A DNA stretch of 55,402 nucleotides, from the NCBI GenBank assembly GCA_031459535.1, contig JAVKIJ010000009.1, forward strand, positions 1-55,402, written 5' to 3'. Both the position numbers and the translations under genes were made by a program. Positions 37,897 through 48,204 of this stretch are shown here, piece after piece (the first letter of the stretch is position 1; each line of letters opens with the position of its first letter). Under the pieces are notes generated by a model, which did not search any database, was not told where the DNA came from, and saw nothing but the letters and a program-made list of their open reading frames with translations. This DNA comes from Candidatus Fervidifonticultor quintus. GTDB taxonomy: Bacteria; Sysuimicrobiota; Sysuimicrobiia; Sysuimicrobiales; Humicultoraceae.

Positions 37897-38697
37897 GTGC
37901 GCGTGCGTGTCCTTCGCAGTGGCAGTGCCGGCAACGCCATCCTCGTCGAAGCCGGTGACATCCGGTGTCTGATCGACGCCGGGTTACCCGCTGAGACGAT
38001 CCTTCGGGAGTTGGACGGAGCAGGGGATGGACCTTCTCTGGCGGCGATCCTGCAGACCCACGAGCACGACGACCACCTCCGGGGCACGGCGGCCGTGGCG
38101 CGGGCGACCGGCGCCGTGGTGCTGGCCACCGAGGGTACGCTGCGTGCTGCCGGCCCACAACTGGCTGGGGCGCCGGTGGAGATATTCCGGGCATTGCGGC
38201 CCTTTCGGGTGGGGCCGGTGGAGGTGCTGGCGGTCCCCCTGCCCCACGACGCCGCGGAGCCGGTGGGATTCGTCCTGCAGGCAGGCGGCGTGCGCGTGGC
38301 GGTGGCGTGCGACCTCGGCGAGGTGACCGACGATCTGCTCTCGCACGTCCGCGGCGCCGACCTGTTCATCGTCGAGGCCAACTACGACCTCAGGCTGATG
38401 GCGGTCTCCACCTACCCGTGGTTCCTGAAGAACCGCATCGTGGGTGTGCGGGGTCACCTGTCCAATGACGGCGCGGCGCGGGCCGCGGTCGGGGCTGCCA
38501 CGGGTGCCTCTCAGACCGTGCACCTGGTGCATCTCAGCGAAGTCAACAACCTGGCGCCGCTGGCCCGTGATACGGTGCGGACCGCGCTGGACGCCGCGGG
38601 CCTGGACCGTGTGTCCGTCGAGGCCGTCAGGCCCAATGCCGGCGGTCCGTGGTGGGAGGCACGGCGTCCGACGACGTCCACCGCCGCCACGCGATGA
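37897..38697 (+). CDS. MBL-fold metallo-hydrolase (YycJ/WalJ-like)
   Basis: LRSGSAGNA, LIDAG, THEHDDH, PHDAAEPVGF, EANYD, YPWFLKNRI..GHLSN, HLSEVNN. Start is GTG 37897 or TTG 37771. Confidence 0.9.
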   Translation: MRVRVLRSGSAGNAILVEAGDIRCLIDAGLPAETILRELDGAGDGPSLAAILQTHEHDDHLRGTAAVARATGAVVLATEGTLRAAGPQLAGAPVEIFRALRPFRVGPVEVLAVPLPHDAAEPVGFVLQAGGVRVAVACDLGEVTDDLLSHVRGADLFIVEANYDLRLMAVSTYPWFLKNRIVGVRGHLSNDGAARAAVGAATGASQTVHLVHLSEVNNLAPLARDTVRTALDAAGLDRVSVEAVRPNAGGPWWEARRPTTSTAATR

Positions 38698-40085
38698 AGG
38701 TCGACGAGCGCCTCTTTCACGGCGAGACCGCCGGGTTGCGGCGGGATGCCGTGCAGATCCTCGACGCCGCTGTGGCCGCCGCCGATCCGGGGGCCGCAGT
38801 TCGTCGCGCCCTGCACTGGGATGGGGGCCGTCTGCGCTTCGGAGACCGCACACTGGCACTGGCGCCCACGGCGCGCATCCTGGTCGTGGGCGCGGGCAAG
38901 GCCGCCTCACCCATGGCCGCCGCCGTCGAGCAGATCCTGGGCGAGCGGATTGCCGCCGGTGTGGTCACCACCAAGTACGGCTACGTGGAGCCATTGCGCA
39001 GGATCCAGCTGGTCGAGGCCGGGCATCCCTTGCCAGACGCCGCCGGTCTTGCCGGTGCCCGCAGGATGCTCGCGCTGGTCGCGACTGCCGGCCGCGACGA
39101 CCTGGTCGTGGTGCTCATCTCGGGTGGCGGCTCGGCGCTGCTCCCTCTGCCCGCCGAGGGGATCACGCTCGAGGAGAAGATTGCCACCACCGACCTGCTG
39201 TTGCGCTCGGGTGCGACCATCAACGAGATGAACACGGTGCGCAAGCATCTCTCACAGATCAAGGGCGGCTGGCTCGCCCGGCGCGCGGCACCCGCCACCG
39301 TGCTGACGCTGGTGCTGTCCGATGTGCTGGGCAACCCGCTGGATGTCATCGCCTCGGGTCCCACGGTGCCGGACCCGAGCACCTTCCGGGCTGCCGTCGA
39401 GGTCGTGCGGCGGTTCGGACTGTGGGATCGCCTGCCCGCCTCGGTGCGGCGGCACCTGGAGCGCGGCGCCGCCGGTGCTGTGCCCGAGACACCCAAGCCC
39501 AAAGATCCGGCCTTCCGGCGGGCCCATGCGCGCATTGTTGGCGACATCACTTCGGCCGCGGCAGCCGCGGCCGCACGCGCACAGGCCCTCGGGTACGACA
39601 CGTATCTGGGGCCCACCGACGTCCAGGGCGAAGCCAGGGACGTCGGCGCCGAGTTCGCGCGGATGGTCCGCGAGACACGCCAGGGGCGCCCCGCGTGCCT
39701 CGTCATGGGCGGCGAGACCACCGTGACCGTTCGAGGTACCGGCCGCGGCGGCCGCAATCAGGAGCTGGCGCTGGGCGCCGCGGCGGGTATCGCCGGGCTG
39801 CCTCAGACGCTGATCGCCGCGTTCGGCACCGACGGCACCGACGGGCCGACCGACGCCGCAGGCGCTGTCGTCGACGGCAGCACGCTGGCCCGGGCACAGG
39901 CCGCAGGGCTGGACCTACACGCCGCGTTGGCCAACAACGATGCTTATACGTTCTTCCAGGCGCTGGGTGACCTCATCATCACCGGGCCGACGAATACCAA
40001 CGTCAATGACCTCTGGATTGGACTGTTGGGCACAATCCCTGCAGGGGCAGGAGAGCGAACATCATGCGGGTCCTGTTCTGTGTGA
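38694..40085 (+). CDS. Glycerate 2-kinase (MOFRL/TtuD family)
   Basis: VVGAGKAA, AGHPLPD, LISGGGSAL, VRKHLSQIKGG, IASGPT, GGETTV..GRGGRNQE, TDGTDGPT, TGPTNTNVND. Confidence 0.93.
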   Translation: MKVDERLFHGETAGLRRDAVQILDAAVAAADPGAAVRRALHWDGGRLRFGDRTLALAPTARILVVGAGKAASPMAAAVEQILGERIAAGVVTTKYGYVEPLRRIQLVEAGHPLPDAAGLAGARRMLALVATAGRDDLVVVLISGGGSALLPLPAEGITLEEKIATTDLLLRSGATINEMNTVRKHLSQIKGGWLARRAAPATVLTLVLSDVLGNPLDVIASGPTVPDPSTFRAAVEVVRRFGLWDRLPASVRRHLERGAAGAVPETPKPKDPAFRRAHARIVGDITSAAAAAAARAQALGYDTYLGPTDVQGEARDVGAEFARMVRETRQGRPACLVMGGETTVTVRGTGRGGRNQELALGAAAGIAGLPQTLIAAFGTDGTDGPTDAAGAVVDGSTLARAQAAGLDLHAALANNDAYTFFQALGDLIITGPTNTNVNDLWIGLLGTIPAGAGERTSCGSCSV

Positions 40086-41506
40086 GTGAGGCCACCCCGT
40101 TCGCCAAGACCGGCGGGCTGGGCGACGTGGCCGGTGCGCTGCCGGCGGCCCTACACCGGCAGGGGCTGGACGTCCGCGTGGTCATGCCGTTCTTCCGCGG
40201 CATCGCCCGCGAGGGATTGGCGTTCGTCCGGCGGTTCGAGGCGACGATCGGCGGCCAGGCCTTGGCGGGGGCGATCTGGCAGGGCGCGTTTCCCGGTGGG
40301 CCCCCGGTGTACTTCGTGGACTGCCCCACCCTCTTCGATCGTGCCGGCCTGTACGGCGAGGCTGGCAGGGACTACGACGACAACCTCCTGCGCTTTGCCT
40401 TCTTCGACCAGGCGGCCGTGGCGCTGCTAGAAGAGACGTGGCGGCCCGATCTCGTCCACTGTCACGACTGGCATGCGGCGCTCGTCCCCGCCTACCTGCG
40501 GTTCCGGCGCAATCCGGTGCCCACGCTCTTCACGATCCACAACCTGGCTCACCAGGGCCTGTTCCCCGCCGAGCAGTTCCCGCTGACGGGCCTGCCGGGC
40601 GAGGCCTTCGTCATGGATGGCGTCGAGTTCTACGGACGCGTGAACGTCATGAAGGCGGGCCTGGTCTGGGCCCACGTGCTGAGCACGGTCAGCGAGACCT
40701 ACGCGCGGGAGATCCAGACCGAGGAGTTCGGCATGGGATTGCAAGGCCTGATGCGGGTCCGCTCCGCCGATCTCTTCGGCATCCTCAACGGCGTGGACTA
40801 CAGCCAGTGGGATCCGGCGGTTGATCCCCACATTCCCGCGCGGTACACGCCGGCCGACCTGCGCGGTAAGGCCACGTGCAAGGCGGCGCTCCAGCGGGAG
40901 GTCGGTCTGCCGCCCGAGGCCAGTACGCCGCTGGTCGGCACGGTGGCGAGGCTGGTGGCGCAGAAAGGTTTCGATCTCCTCACGGCGACCCTGGAACGCA
41001 TGGTCGCCATGGGGGTCCAGCTCGTCGTCCTGGGTACGGGGGAGCCGGCCTTCGAGGAGGCTTTCCGCGCCGCCTCCGCTCGCTGGCCGCAGCAGGTGCG
41101 GGCGGTCATCGGGTTCGATGAAGGTCTGGCCCACCGCATCGAGGCCGGCGCCGACATGTTCCTCATGCCCTCCAGGTTCGAGCCGTCGGGGTTGAACCAG
41201 CTCTACAGCCTGCGCTACGGCACGGTGCCCATCGTGCGGCGCACGGGCGGGCTCGCCGACAGCATCGTGGACGTCTCGCCCGAGACGCTGCGGGAAGGCC
41301 AGGCCAACGGGTTCGTGTTCGACGCCTACACCCAGGAGGCGCTGGTGGCGGCCGTGAGCCGGGCCCTGGCCGCCTACCGCGACCCAGGGTTGTGGCGATC
41401 CATCCAGCAGATCGGGATGCGGGCGGACTTCTCGTGGGACCGGGCCGCCGCCCGCTACCGGGCCCTCTACGACCTCACCCGCGAACGGGCGTCGCGCTGG
41501 CGATAA
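40064..41506 (+). CDS. glgA: Glycogen synthase
   Basis: KTGGLGDV, HCHDWH, TIHNLAHQG, GILNGVD, QKGFDL, MPSRFEPSGLNQ, TGGLADS. Confidence 0.96.
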   Translation: MRVLFCVSEATPFAKTGGLGDVAGALPAALHRQGLDVRVVMPFFRGIAREGLAFVRRFEATIGGQALAGAIWQGAFPGGPPVYFVDCPTLFDRAGLYGEAGRDYDDNLLRFAFFDQAAVALLEETWRPDLVHCHDWHAALVPAYLRFRRNPVPTLFTIHNLAHQGLFPAEQFPLTGLPGEAFVMDGVEFYGRVNVMKAGLVWAHVLSTVSETYAREIQTEEFGMGLQGLMRVRSADLFGILNGVDYSQWDPAVDPHIPARYTPADLRGKATCKAALQREVGLPPEASTPLVGTVARLVAQKGFDLLTATLERMVAMGVQLVVLGTGEPAFEEAFRAASARWPQQVRAVIGFDEGLAHRIEAGADMFLMPSRFEPSGLNQLYSLRYGTVPIVRRTGGLADSIVDVSPETLREGQANGFVFDAYTQEALVAAVSRALAAYRDPGLWRSIQQIGMRADFSWDRAAARYRALYDLTRERASRWR

Positions 41507-41508
41507 TC

Positions 41509-41517
41509 TGGTATGAT
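41509..41517 (+). promoter_or_regulatory. Extended -10 promoter candidate upstream of galT
   Basis: TGGTATGAT (TGnTATGAT) in the glgA-galT gap. Confidence 0.5.
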
Positions 41518-41558
41518 GGCAGGGTGTGCGTGTAATTTCCGGGCAGGGGTGACGATCG

Positions 41559-42617
41559 TTGCCTGAACTCCGCACCGATCCCATCTCCGGGCGCTGGGTC
41601 ATCATCGCCACCGAGCGGGCGGCCCGGCCGACCGACTTCAAGACGGAACCGATCGAGATCAATGACGTCGAACGCTGCCCGTTCTGCGAGGGCCGCGAGC
41701 TCATGACGCCTCCGGAGATCTATGCGATCCGCGATCCCGGCACGCCCCGCGACGGGCCCGGCTGGCGCGTGCGGGTCGTGTCCAACAAGTTCCCCGCGCT
41801 GCGCATCGAGGGGGATACGGCCCAGACCCATGTGGGGATGTTCACCCGCATGGACGGCGTGGGCGCCCACGAGGTCATCATCGAGACCACCGATCACCAC
41901 ACGCACCTGGGCCTGTTGTCCGTCCCCCATGTGGCCGCCGTGGTGAGCGCTTACCTGGAGCGATACCGCGATCTGGACAACGATCCGCGGTTCGAGTACG
42001 CGCTGCTCTTTCGCAATCACGGCCGGACCGCCGGCGCGTCGCTGTCGCACCCGCACTCCCAGCTCATCGCGCTGCCCGTGGTGCCCAAGCGCGCGGCGGA
42101 GGAGGTCGAGGCCTGCGAGCGCTACTTCGGGAGGCGGGGCGGCTGCGTCTTCTGCCACATTCTGGAGCAGGAGCTCGCCTCGCGGGACCGGATCGTCTTC
42201 GAGAACGACCGGTTCGTCGCCCTACAGGCCTACGCGGCCCGGTTCCCGTTCGAGACCTGGGTGTTGCCCAAACAGCACGGGGCGTCGTTCGGAGAGCTGG
42301 GGACGGGCGACATCCTGCAACTCGCCGATGCCCTGCGCACCTCGCTGAACTGCCTCCACGTCTGCCTGGGCAATCCGCCCTACAACTTCATCGTGCACAC
42401 CGCGCCGTACCACTACCAGGCGAAGCACGCTTATCACTGGCACCTGGAGATCATGCCGCGCCTGACCCAGGTGGCGGGCTTCGAGTGGGGCTCGGGGTTC
42501 TTCATCAACCCGGTGGTACCCGAGGCCGCGGCCCGGTTCTTGCGTGAGGCCGCGACGGCCGTGGCCCACAGGGTGCTGGTGTCCAGCGGAGAGGAGGGGA
42601 GGGCACATGGTGGGTGA
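41559..42617 (+). CDS. galT: Galactose-1-phosphate uridylyltransferase family (GalT)
   Basis: ELRTDPISGRWVIIATERAARP, CPFC, NKFPAL, GAHEVIIE, AGASLSHPHSQ, HWHLEIMPR, AGFEWGSG. Confidence 0.9.
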   Translation: MPELRTDPISGRWVIIATERAARPTDFKTEPIEINDVERCPFCEGRELMTPPEIYAIRDPGTPRDGPGWRVRVVSNKFPALRIEGDTAQTHVGMFTRMDGVGAHEVIIETTDHHTHLGLLSVPHVAAVVSAYLERYRDLDNDPRFEYALLFRNHGRTAGASLSHPHSQLIALPVVPKRAAEEVEACERYFGRRGGCVFCHILEQELASRDRIVFENDRFVALQAYAARFPFETWVLPKQHGASFGELGTGDILQLADALRTSLNCLHVCLGNPPYNFIVHTAPYHYQAKHAYHWHLEIMPRLTQVAGFEWGSGFFINPVVPEAAARFLREAATAVAHRVLVSSGEEGRAHGG

Positions 42618-43749
42618 GCGCATCCTACTGGGACCGGGACCGAGCCTGCTGCCGCCCGAGGTGTCGGCCGCGCTGGCGCAGCCCATGGTCGGGCACATGG
42701 ACCCTGCCCTCTTTCCCATCCTGGAGGAGACGACGAGCCTGCTGCGCCAGGTCTTCCAGACCGCGAACGACGTAACGTTTCCCATATCCGGGGCGGGCAC
42801 CGCCGGCATGGAAGCCGTGTTGCGGCACATGGTTGCCCCCGGCGAGAAGCTGGTCGTCCCTACCGCCGGGTTCTTCGCCGATCGGATCGCCGAGATCGCT
42901 CGCTGCATCGGTGGAGAGGTGGTGAGGGTCGAAGCGCCCTGGGGCCGGCCGACCGATCCTGCGGACCTGGAGCGGGCGCTGGCGGCCGGGCCAGGAAAGG
43001 GCGCCGCGGTGGTGGCCGCCGTGCAGGTGGAGACCTCGACCGGCGTGCTCCATCCTGTCCGCGAGCTGGCCGAAGTGGCCCATGCCCACGGCGCGATGGT
43101 GTTGGTCGACGCGGTGGCGGGGCTCGGCGGCGCCGACCTGCCGGTGGACGCCTGGGGCCTCGACGCGTGCTACAGCGGGTCGCAGAAGTGCCTGTCGGCG
43201 CCGCCCGGCATGGCGCCTGTGACCGTGCACGACCGCACACGAGGCCGCGTGCGCCCGGCGACCTTCTACCTCGACCTGGAGTTGCTGTGGCAGTACTGGG
43301 GACCGGGGCACACCTACCACCACACGGTGCCGGTCCAGCTCGTCTACGCCATGCACGCGGCCCTGCGACTGGCCGTGGAGGAGGGCTTGACGGCGCGCTT
43401 CGAGCGCCACTGGCGCAACACGCGGGCCCTGTGGGCCGGCCTGCAGGCCATGGGTCTGGAGTTGCTGGTGGATGAACCCCATCGCTCGCCGACGATCACC
43501 ACGGTGCGGGTGCCCGAGGGGGTGAGCGATGGGCGCGTGCGCGCGCGGCTGCGGGACGAGTACGGTATCGAGATCGCAGGCGGGCTCGGTCCGCTGGCGG
43601 GCCGGATCTGGCGGATTGGCCTGATGGGCCACTCCAGCCAGATCCGCCTGGTGCTGACCCTGCTGGCGGCGCTGGAGGCCGTCCTGGCTGCCGAGGGCCT
43701 CCGGGTTCCCAGGGGTGTGGCTGCCGCGCAGGCCGCCGCCGCGCGGTAA
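42607..43749 (+). CDS. Class V aminotransferase (alanine-glyoxylate/serine-pyruvate)
   Basis: LLGPGPS, GAGTAGME, VETSTGV, VDAV, SGSQKCLSAPPG, YHHTVP, WRIGLMG. Confidence 0.92.
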   Translation: MVGERILLGPGPSLLPPEVSAALAQPMVGHMDPALFPILEETTSLLRQVFQTANDVTFPISGAGTAGMEAVLRHMVAPGEKLVVPTAGFFADRIAEIARCIGGEVVRVEAPWGRPTDPADLERALAAGPGKGAAVVAAVQVETSTGVLHPVRELAEVAHAHGAMVLVDAVAGLGGADLPVDAWGLDACYSGSQKCLSAPPGMAPVTVHDRTRGRVRPATFYLDLELLWQYWGPGHTYHHTVPVQLVYAMHAALRLAVEEGLTARFERHWRNTRALWAGLQAMGLELLVDEPHRSPTITTVRVPEGVSDGRVRARLRDEYGIEIAGGLGPLAGRIWRIGLMGHSSQIRLVLTLLAALEAVLAAEGLRVPRGVAAAQAAAAR

Positions 43750-43766
43750 CGCCGCACCAGGCGGCG

Positions 43767-44483
43767 GTGCGACAGGTCGCGCTGTTCGTCACCTGCCTGG
43801 TTGACCAACTGTTCCCCGAGGTCGGGGACGCCACAGTCCGGGTGCTGGAGCGCGCGGGCTGTCGCGTGTCCTTCCCCGCGGCGCAGACGTGCTGCGGGCA
43901 GCCCCCCTTCAACGCCGGGTTTCACCATGAGGCGCGGCGCCTCGCCAGGGGGCTCCTGGCCGCCCTCGCGGACGCCGAGGCTGTGGTGACACCCTCCGGA
44001 TCGTGCGCTGCCATGGTCCGGGAGTGGTATCCGCGGCTCTTCCGCAACGCCCCGCTGGCCCAAGCGGCGCAGGATCTGGCCCGCCGGACGTTTGAGCTCA
44101 GCGAGTTCCTGGTGGGCCGCTGCGGTGTCACCGACGTGGGTGCGCGCTTCGCGGCCAGGGTGGCCTATCATGCCTCGTGCCACGGGTTGCGCGGGCTGGG
44201 GCTGCGCGAAGAGCCGCTGCGCCTGCTGGCCGCGGTGCGCGATCTCCAGCTGGTGCGGCTGCCGGGCGCCGAAGAGTGCTGTGGGTTCGGCGGCTTCTTC
44301 GCCGTGAAATTTCCGGCGCTGTCCGGGGCGATGCTGGCCAGCAAGCTGGATGCCATCGAGGCCAGCGGTGCCGATGTGGTGACCGCCACCGACGTCAGCT
44401 GCCTGATGCATATTGCTGGCGGGCTCGCCCGTCGGGGCAGCCGCGTGCGGCCGATGCACCTGGCCGAGATCCTGGGGGCGTAG
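43767..44483 (+). CDS. lutA: Lactate utilization protein A (CCG Fe-S domain)
   Basis: LFVTCLVD, QTCCGQP, PSGSC, YHASCH, ECCGFGGFF, DVSCLMHI. Confidence 0.9.
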   Translation: MRQVALFVTCLVDQLFPEVGDATVRVLERAGCRVSFPAAQTCCGQPPFNAGFHHEARRLARGLLAALADAEAVVTPSGSCAAMVREWYPRLFRNAPLAQAAQDLARRTFELSEFLVGRCGVTDVGARFAARVAYHASCHGLRGLGLREEPLRLLAAVRDLQLVRLPGAEECCGFGGFFAVKFPALSGAMLASKLDAIEASGADVVTATDVSCLMHIAGGLARRGSRVRPMHLAEILGA

Positions 44484-44488
44484 GCGAC

Positions 44489-45934
44489 GTGCTCGGCTCG
44501 CGCGCGCATCGCCGCATCGACATGATCGGCAACAGCGAGGCGGCCCTGCGGGACGCCGCCCTCCAGCGGGCCCTGCGAGTGGCCCTGCCCTCGTTCAGGC
44601 AACAGCGCGATGCGGCCGCGGCCGAGGTCCCCGAGTGGGAGGCCCTGCGGGCCGCGGCGGCGGCGATCAAGGAAGAGGCGCTCCGGCATCTTGCAGTTTA
44701 TCTGACCCAGTTCGAAGCCCAAGTCGCCGCGTGCGGCGGGGTCGTGCACTGGGCCGAAGACGCCGCGGATGCGCGGCGCATCATCGTGGAAGTGGCGCGC
44801 CGCAGGGGCGTCCGCCTGGCGGTGAAGAGCAAGTCCATGACCAGCGAGGAGATCGACCTCAACCCGGCGCTTGAGGCCGCCGGCATCAGGGTGGTCGAGA
44901 CCGACCTGGGCGAGTTCATCGTGCAGCTCGCCGGCGAGCGGCCGAGCCACATCGTCGTCCCGGCCCTCCACAAGGATCCGGACGCCGTCGCCGGCCTGTT
45001 TGCCAGGCGGCTGGGCGTCCGCAGCACCGGCCAGCCCCAGGATCTTGCGCGCGTGGCGCGGGAGGCGTTGCGTGCAGAGTTCCTGGCCGCCGGGATGGGC
45101 ATCTCGGGTGCGAACTTCGCCGTGGCCGAGACCGGGACGCTGGTCGTCATCGAGAACGAGGGCAACGCACGGCTGGCCACCACGCAGCCTCCCCTTCACG
45201 TGGCCGTGATGGGTCTGGAGAAGATCGTGCCCCGGCTCGCGGACCTTGGGGTGATGCTACGCCTCCTGGCGCGCAGCGCCACCGGGCAGCGGGCCAGCGT
45301 CTACGTCTCGTTGCTCACCGGCCCCCGCCGCGCCGGGGAGGCCGACGGGCCGCAGGAACTCCACGTGATCCTCCTCGACAACGGCCGGACCCGGTTGCTC
45401 GCCGATCCCGACCTGCGCGAGGCGCTTCGGTGCATCCGCTGCGGTGCGTGCTCCAACGTCTGCCCGGTGTTCGAGCGGACCGGGGGGCACGCCTACGGGA
45501 CGGTCTACTCCGGACCCATCGGTGCGGTCATCAGCCCTGCCTACCTAGGCTTGGAGCGGGCCGGCGAGTTGCCGTTTGCCTCGACGCTGTGCGGAGCCTG
45601 CGCCGAGGTCTGCCCGGTGAAGATCGCGCTGCCGCGCCTGCTGCTCGAACTGCGCTGCCGGGTGGTGGAGGCCGGTCAGGTCGGGCGGCTGGACCGCCTC
45701 TTGGCCCGGACGTGGACGGCGACGATGGCCACTCCGGGTCGCGTACGTGTCCTGGGCCGGGTCGGCCGGCTGCTGCAGCGCCTGGTCGCGCGCCGCGGCC
45801 GCATCGAGCGTTTGCCCTACCCGCTGCAAGGATGGACGGCGCACCGGGTGGCGCCGCCCCTGGCGCCTCAGGCGTTTCGCGATCGCTGGCCGGCCCGCGC
45901 TCCTGGCCGGGGTAACGGCGGAGGCTGCGGGTGA
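44489..45934 (+). CDS. lutB: Lactate utilization protein B (4Fe-4S)
   Basis: KSKSMTSEEI, ETDLGEFIVQL..PSHIVVPALH, ENEGN, CIRCGACSNVCP, STLCGACAEVCP. Start is 44489 or 44522. Confidence 0.92.
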   Translation: MLGSRAHRRIDMIGNSEAALRDAALQRALRVALPSFRQQRDAAAAEVPEWEALRAAAAAIKEEALRHLAVYLTQFEAQVAACGGVVHWAEDAADARRIIVEVARRRGVRLAVKSKSMTSEEIDLNPALEAAGIRVVETDLGEFIVQLAGERPSHIVVPALHKDPDAVAGLFARRLGVRSTGQPQDLARVAREALRAEFLAAGMGISGANFAVAETGTLVVIENEGNARLATTQPPLHVAVMGLEKIVPRLADLGVMLRLLARSATGQRASVYVSLLTGPRRAGEADGPQELHVILLDNGRTRLLADPDLREALRCIRCGACSNVCPVFERTGGHAYGTVYSGPIGAVISPAYLGLERAGELPFASTLCGACAEVCPVKIALPRLLLELRCRVVEAGQVGRLDRLLARTWTATMATPGRVRVLGRVGRLLQRLVARRGRIERLPYPLQGWTAHRVAPPLAPQAFRDRWPARAPGRGNGGGCG

Positions 45935-46566
45935 GTCGCGAGCGCATCATCGCCCGGGTCGTCGCGGCCGGGCTCTCGGCAGGGGACGTAACCCCGGCAG
46001 GGGAGGCACCTTCGGACCGCGGCGTGGCGCGGATCGCGCGGGCTGCCGACGTGGTGGATCTGTTCGTCAGCCGCGCCCGGGACCTCGGTGTTGAGGTGGC
46101 CATTGCCGGCTCGCTCGAAGACGCCGCGGGGCTCGCCGAATCGTGGTGCGCCGCCCGGCGGGTACAACGAGCGGCGGTGTGGGATGTCCCCGACCTGGCG
46201 CCGGCGCTCGCGCGGCTGCGCGCGGCGGGCGTGAGCATCGTCGGGCCGGGCGCGACCGCCCGGGACGTGGCTGGGGCCGATGCCGGCATCACCGGTGCGC
46301 AGTGGGGCGTCGCCGAGACCGGCACCGTGGTGCTGGCCTCTTCACCCCGGCAGCCGCGCCTGGCCTCGCTGTTGCCGCCTGCGCACCTGGTGGTGCTACG
46401 GGCGGACCGCATCCTGCCCGATCTGGCCGCCCTCTTCGCCGCCTGTGGCCCGCTCCCGTCGGCGCTCACCTTCATCAGTGGGCCCAGCCGCAGCGCAGAC
46501 ATCGCGCTCGTGCCGGTTCTGGGCGCGCACGGGCCGATGGAGGTCTCGGTCGTGCTCGTCTCCTGA
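45931..46566 (+). CDS. lutC: Lactate utilization protein C (LUD domain)
   Basis: GVAETGTVVL..SLLPPAH, FISGPSRSADI..GAHGP. Confidence 0.9.
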   Translation: MSRERIIARVVAAGLSAGDVTPAGEAPSDRGVARIARAADVVDLFVSRARDLGVEVAIAGSLEDAAGLAESWCAARRVQRAAVWDVPDLAPALARLRAAGVSIVGPGATARDVAGADAGITGAQWGVAETGTVVLASSPRQPRLASLLPPAHLVVLRADRILPDLAALFAACGPLPSALTFISGPSRSADIALVPVLGAHGPMEVSVVLVS

Positions 46567-46641
46567 GGGAGCCTGCCCCTGCAAGGAAGATCCGCGGAAG
46601 ACCGAGAACCCGTCGTCCATCACTCCGCCGGGGGGACAGCC

Positions 46642-48078
46642 GTGGCTGTGCTGACGGAAGGCAAGTTGTTCATCGGAGGCCGCTGGGTGGAGGCCGGCGC
46701 GCCGCTGGAGGTTCGCAACAAGTACACAGGTCAGATCATCGGGACGTTGCCCAGCGCCCGCGACGTGGATGTGGACGCGGCGATCGCGGCCGCCGCGCGG
46801 GCGGCTCCGGTGATGGCCGCGATGCCGGCCCACCGGCGTGCCGAGATCCTCTCAGGTGTGGCCGCGCGCCTGCTGGCGCGACGAGAGGAGTTCGCGCGCA
46901 CCATCGCCGCCGAGGCAGGTAAGGCGCTGAAGTACGCGCGCATCGAGGTCGATCGGGCGGTGAGCACCTTCACCTTCGCGGCGGAGGAAGCACGGCGCAT
47001 CCACGGCGAGACCATACCGCTCGACGCGGTGGCGGCGGGCGAGGGCTACTTCGGCTTCTACCACCGCCGGCCGGTGGGCGTTGTCGCGGCCATCACCCCG
47101 TTCAATTTTCCACTCAACCTGGTCGCGCATAAGGTAGCGCCGGCGCTCGCCGCGGGCAACGCCATCGTCCTCAAGCCCGCCAGCCTGACGCCCATGACGT
47201 CCTGGTTGTTGTGCAACGTCCTGCAGGAGTGCGGCGTGCCCGACGGCGGCATCAATCTGGTCGTGGGGCCGGGCTCCACCGTGGGCGAGTGGCTGGTGCG
47301 CGACGATCGGGTGGCGAAGGTGACCTTTACGGGCAGCCTGGACGTCGGCCGCAAGATCGCCGCCGCCGCGGGCGTGAAGAAGGTGACGCTGGAACTGGGG
47401 AACACCTCGCCGGTCATCGTGGCGCCCGATGCCGACCTGGATCTGGCGGCGCGACGGTGCGCATTGGGTGCGTACTATAACTCAGGGCAGGTCTGTATCT
47501 CGGTGCAGCGCATCTTTGCCAGCCGGCGCGTCTTCGATCCCTTCACCGAACGCTTCGTCCGCAGCGCCGAGTCCCTGGTGGTCGGCGATCCGCTCGATGA
47601 GCGGGTCGATGTGGGGCCGATGATCGACGAGCGCGAAGCCATCAGGATCGAAGGGTGGGTGGACGAGGCCCGCGCCGCTGGCGCCACGGTCGCAACGGGC
47701 GGCCGACGGGTCGGCCCGGTGTACTGGCCGACCGTGCTCACCGATGTCAAGCCGGACATGCGCGTCGTCTCCCACGAGGCGTTCGCGCCGGTGGCCTCGG
47801 TGATGCCGTATGCGGACTTCGAAGAAGCCCTACGGGCAGCCGACGCCACGCCGTACGGCCTGCAGGCCGCCGTGTTCACCAAGGATCTCGACCGGCTGTT
47901 CCAGGCACTGCGGTGGCTGAACTTCGGGGGCATCATCATCAACGACGCGCCCACCTTCCGCGTGGACCACATGCCCTACGGCGGCACCAGACAGAGCGGC
48001 CTGCGGCGTGAAGGCGTCCGGTTCGCCATCGAGGAGATGACCAACATCCAGATGGTCGTGATCCGCACGCAGACCTAA
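46642..48078 (+). CDS. Aldehyde dehydrogenase (lactaldehyde dehydrogenase/GapN-like subgroup)
   Basis: ITPFNFPLNLVAHKVAPA, FTGS, LELG, SGQVCISVQR, EAFAP, FRVDHMPYGG. Confidence 0.9.
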   Translation: MAVLTEGKLFIGGRWVEAGAPLEVRNKYTGQIIGTLPSARDVDVDAAIAAAARAAPVMAAMPAHRRAEILSGVAARLLARREEFARTIAAEAGKALKYARIEVDRAVSTFTFAAEEARRIHGETIPLDAVAAGEGYFGFYHRRPVGVVAAITPFNFPLNLVAHKVAPALAAGNAIVLKPASLTPMTSWLLCNVLQECGVPDGGINLVVGPGSTVGEWLVRDDRVAKVTFTGSLDVGRKIAAAAGVKKVTLELGNTSPVIVAPDADLDLAARRCALGAYYNSGQVCISVQRIFASRRVFDPFTERFVRSAESLVVGDPLDERVDVGPMIDEREAIRIEGWVDEARAAGATVATGGRRVGPVYWPTVLTDVKPDMRVVSHEAFAPVASVMPYADFEEALRAADATPYGLQAAVFTKDLDRLFQALRWLNFGGIIINDAPTFRVDHMPYGGTRQSGLRREGVRFAIEEMTNIQMVVIRTQT

Positions 48079-48170
48079 AGAGGAGCCGCCGACCTCCACA
48101 AGAGGCCCCACCCTACCCCACAGGCAGGAGACCGCTCATCGTGCGTCCAAATAGTGCTCGGTCGGCAGAT

Positions 48171-48187
48171 TGTCAGACAGTCTGACA
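48171..48187. promoter_or_regulatory. Palindromic GntR/FadR-type operator
   Basis: TGTCAGAC-A-GTCTGACA, a perfect 8-bp inverted repeat at the 5' end of the GntR gene. Confidence 0.75.
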
Positions 48188-48204
48188 GAGTGGAGTGGCA
48201 TGAA

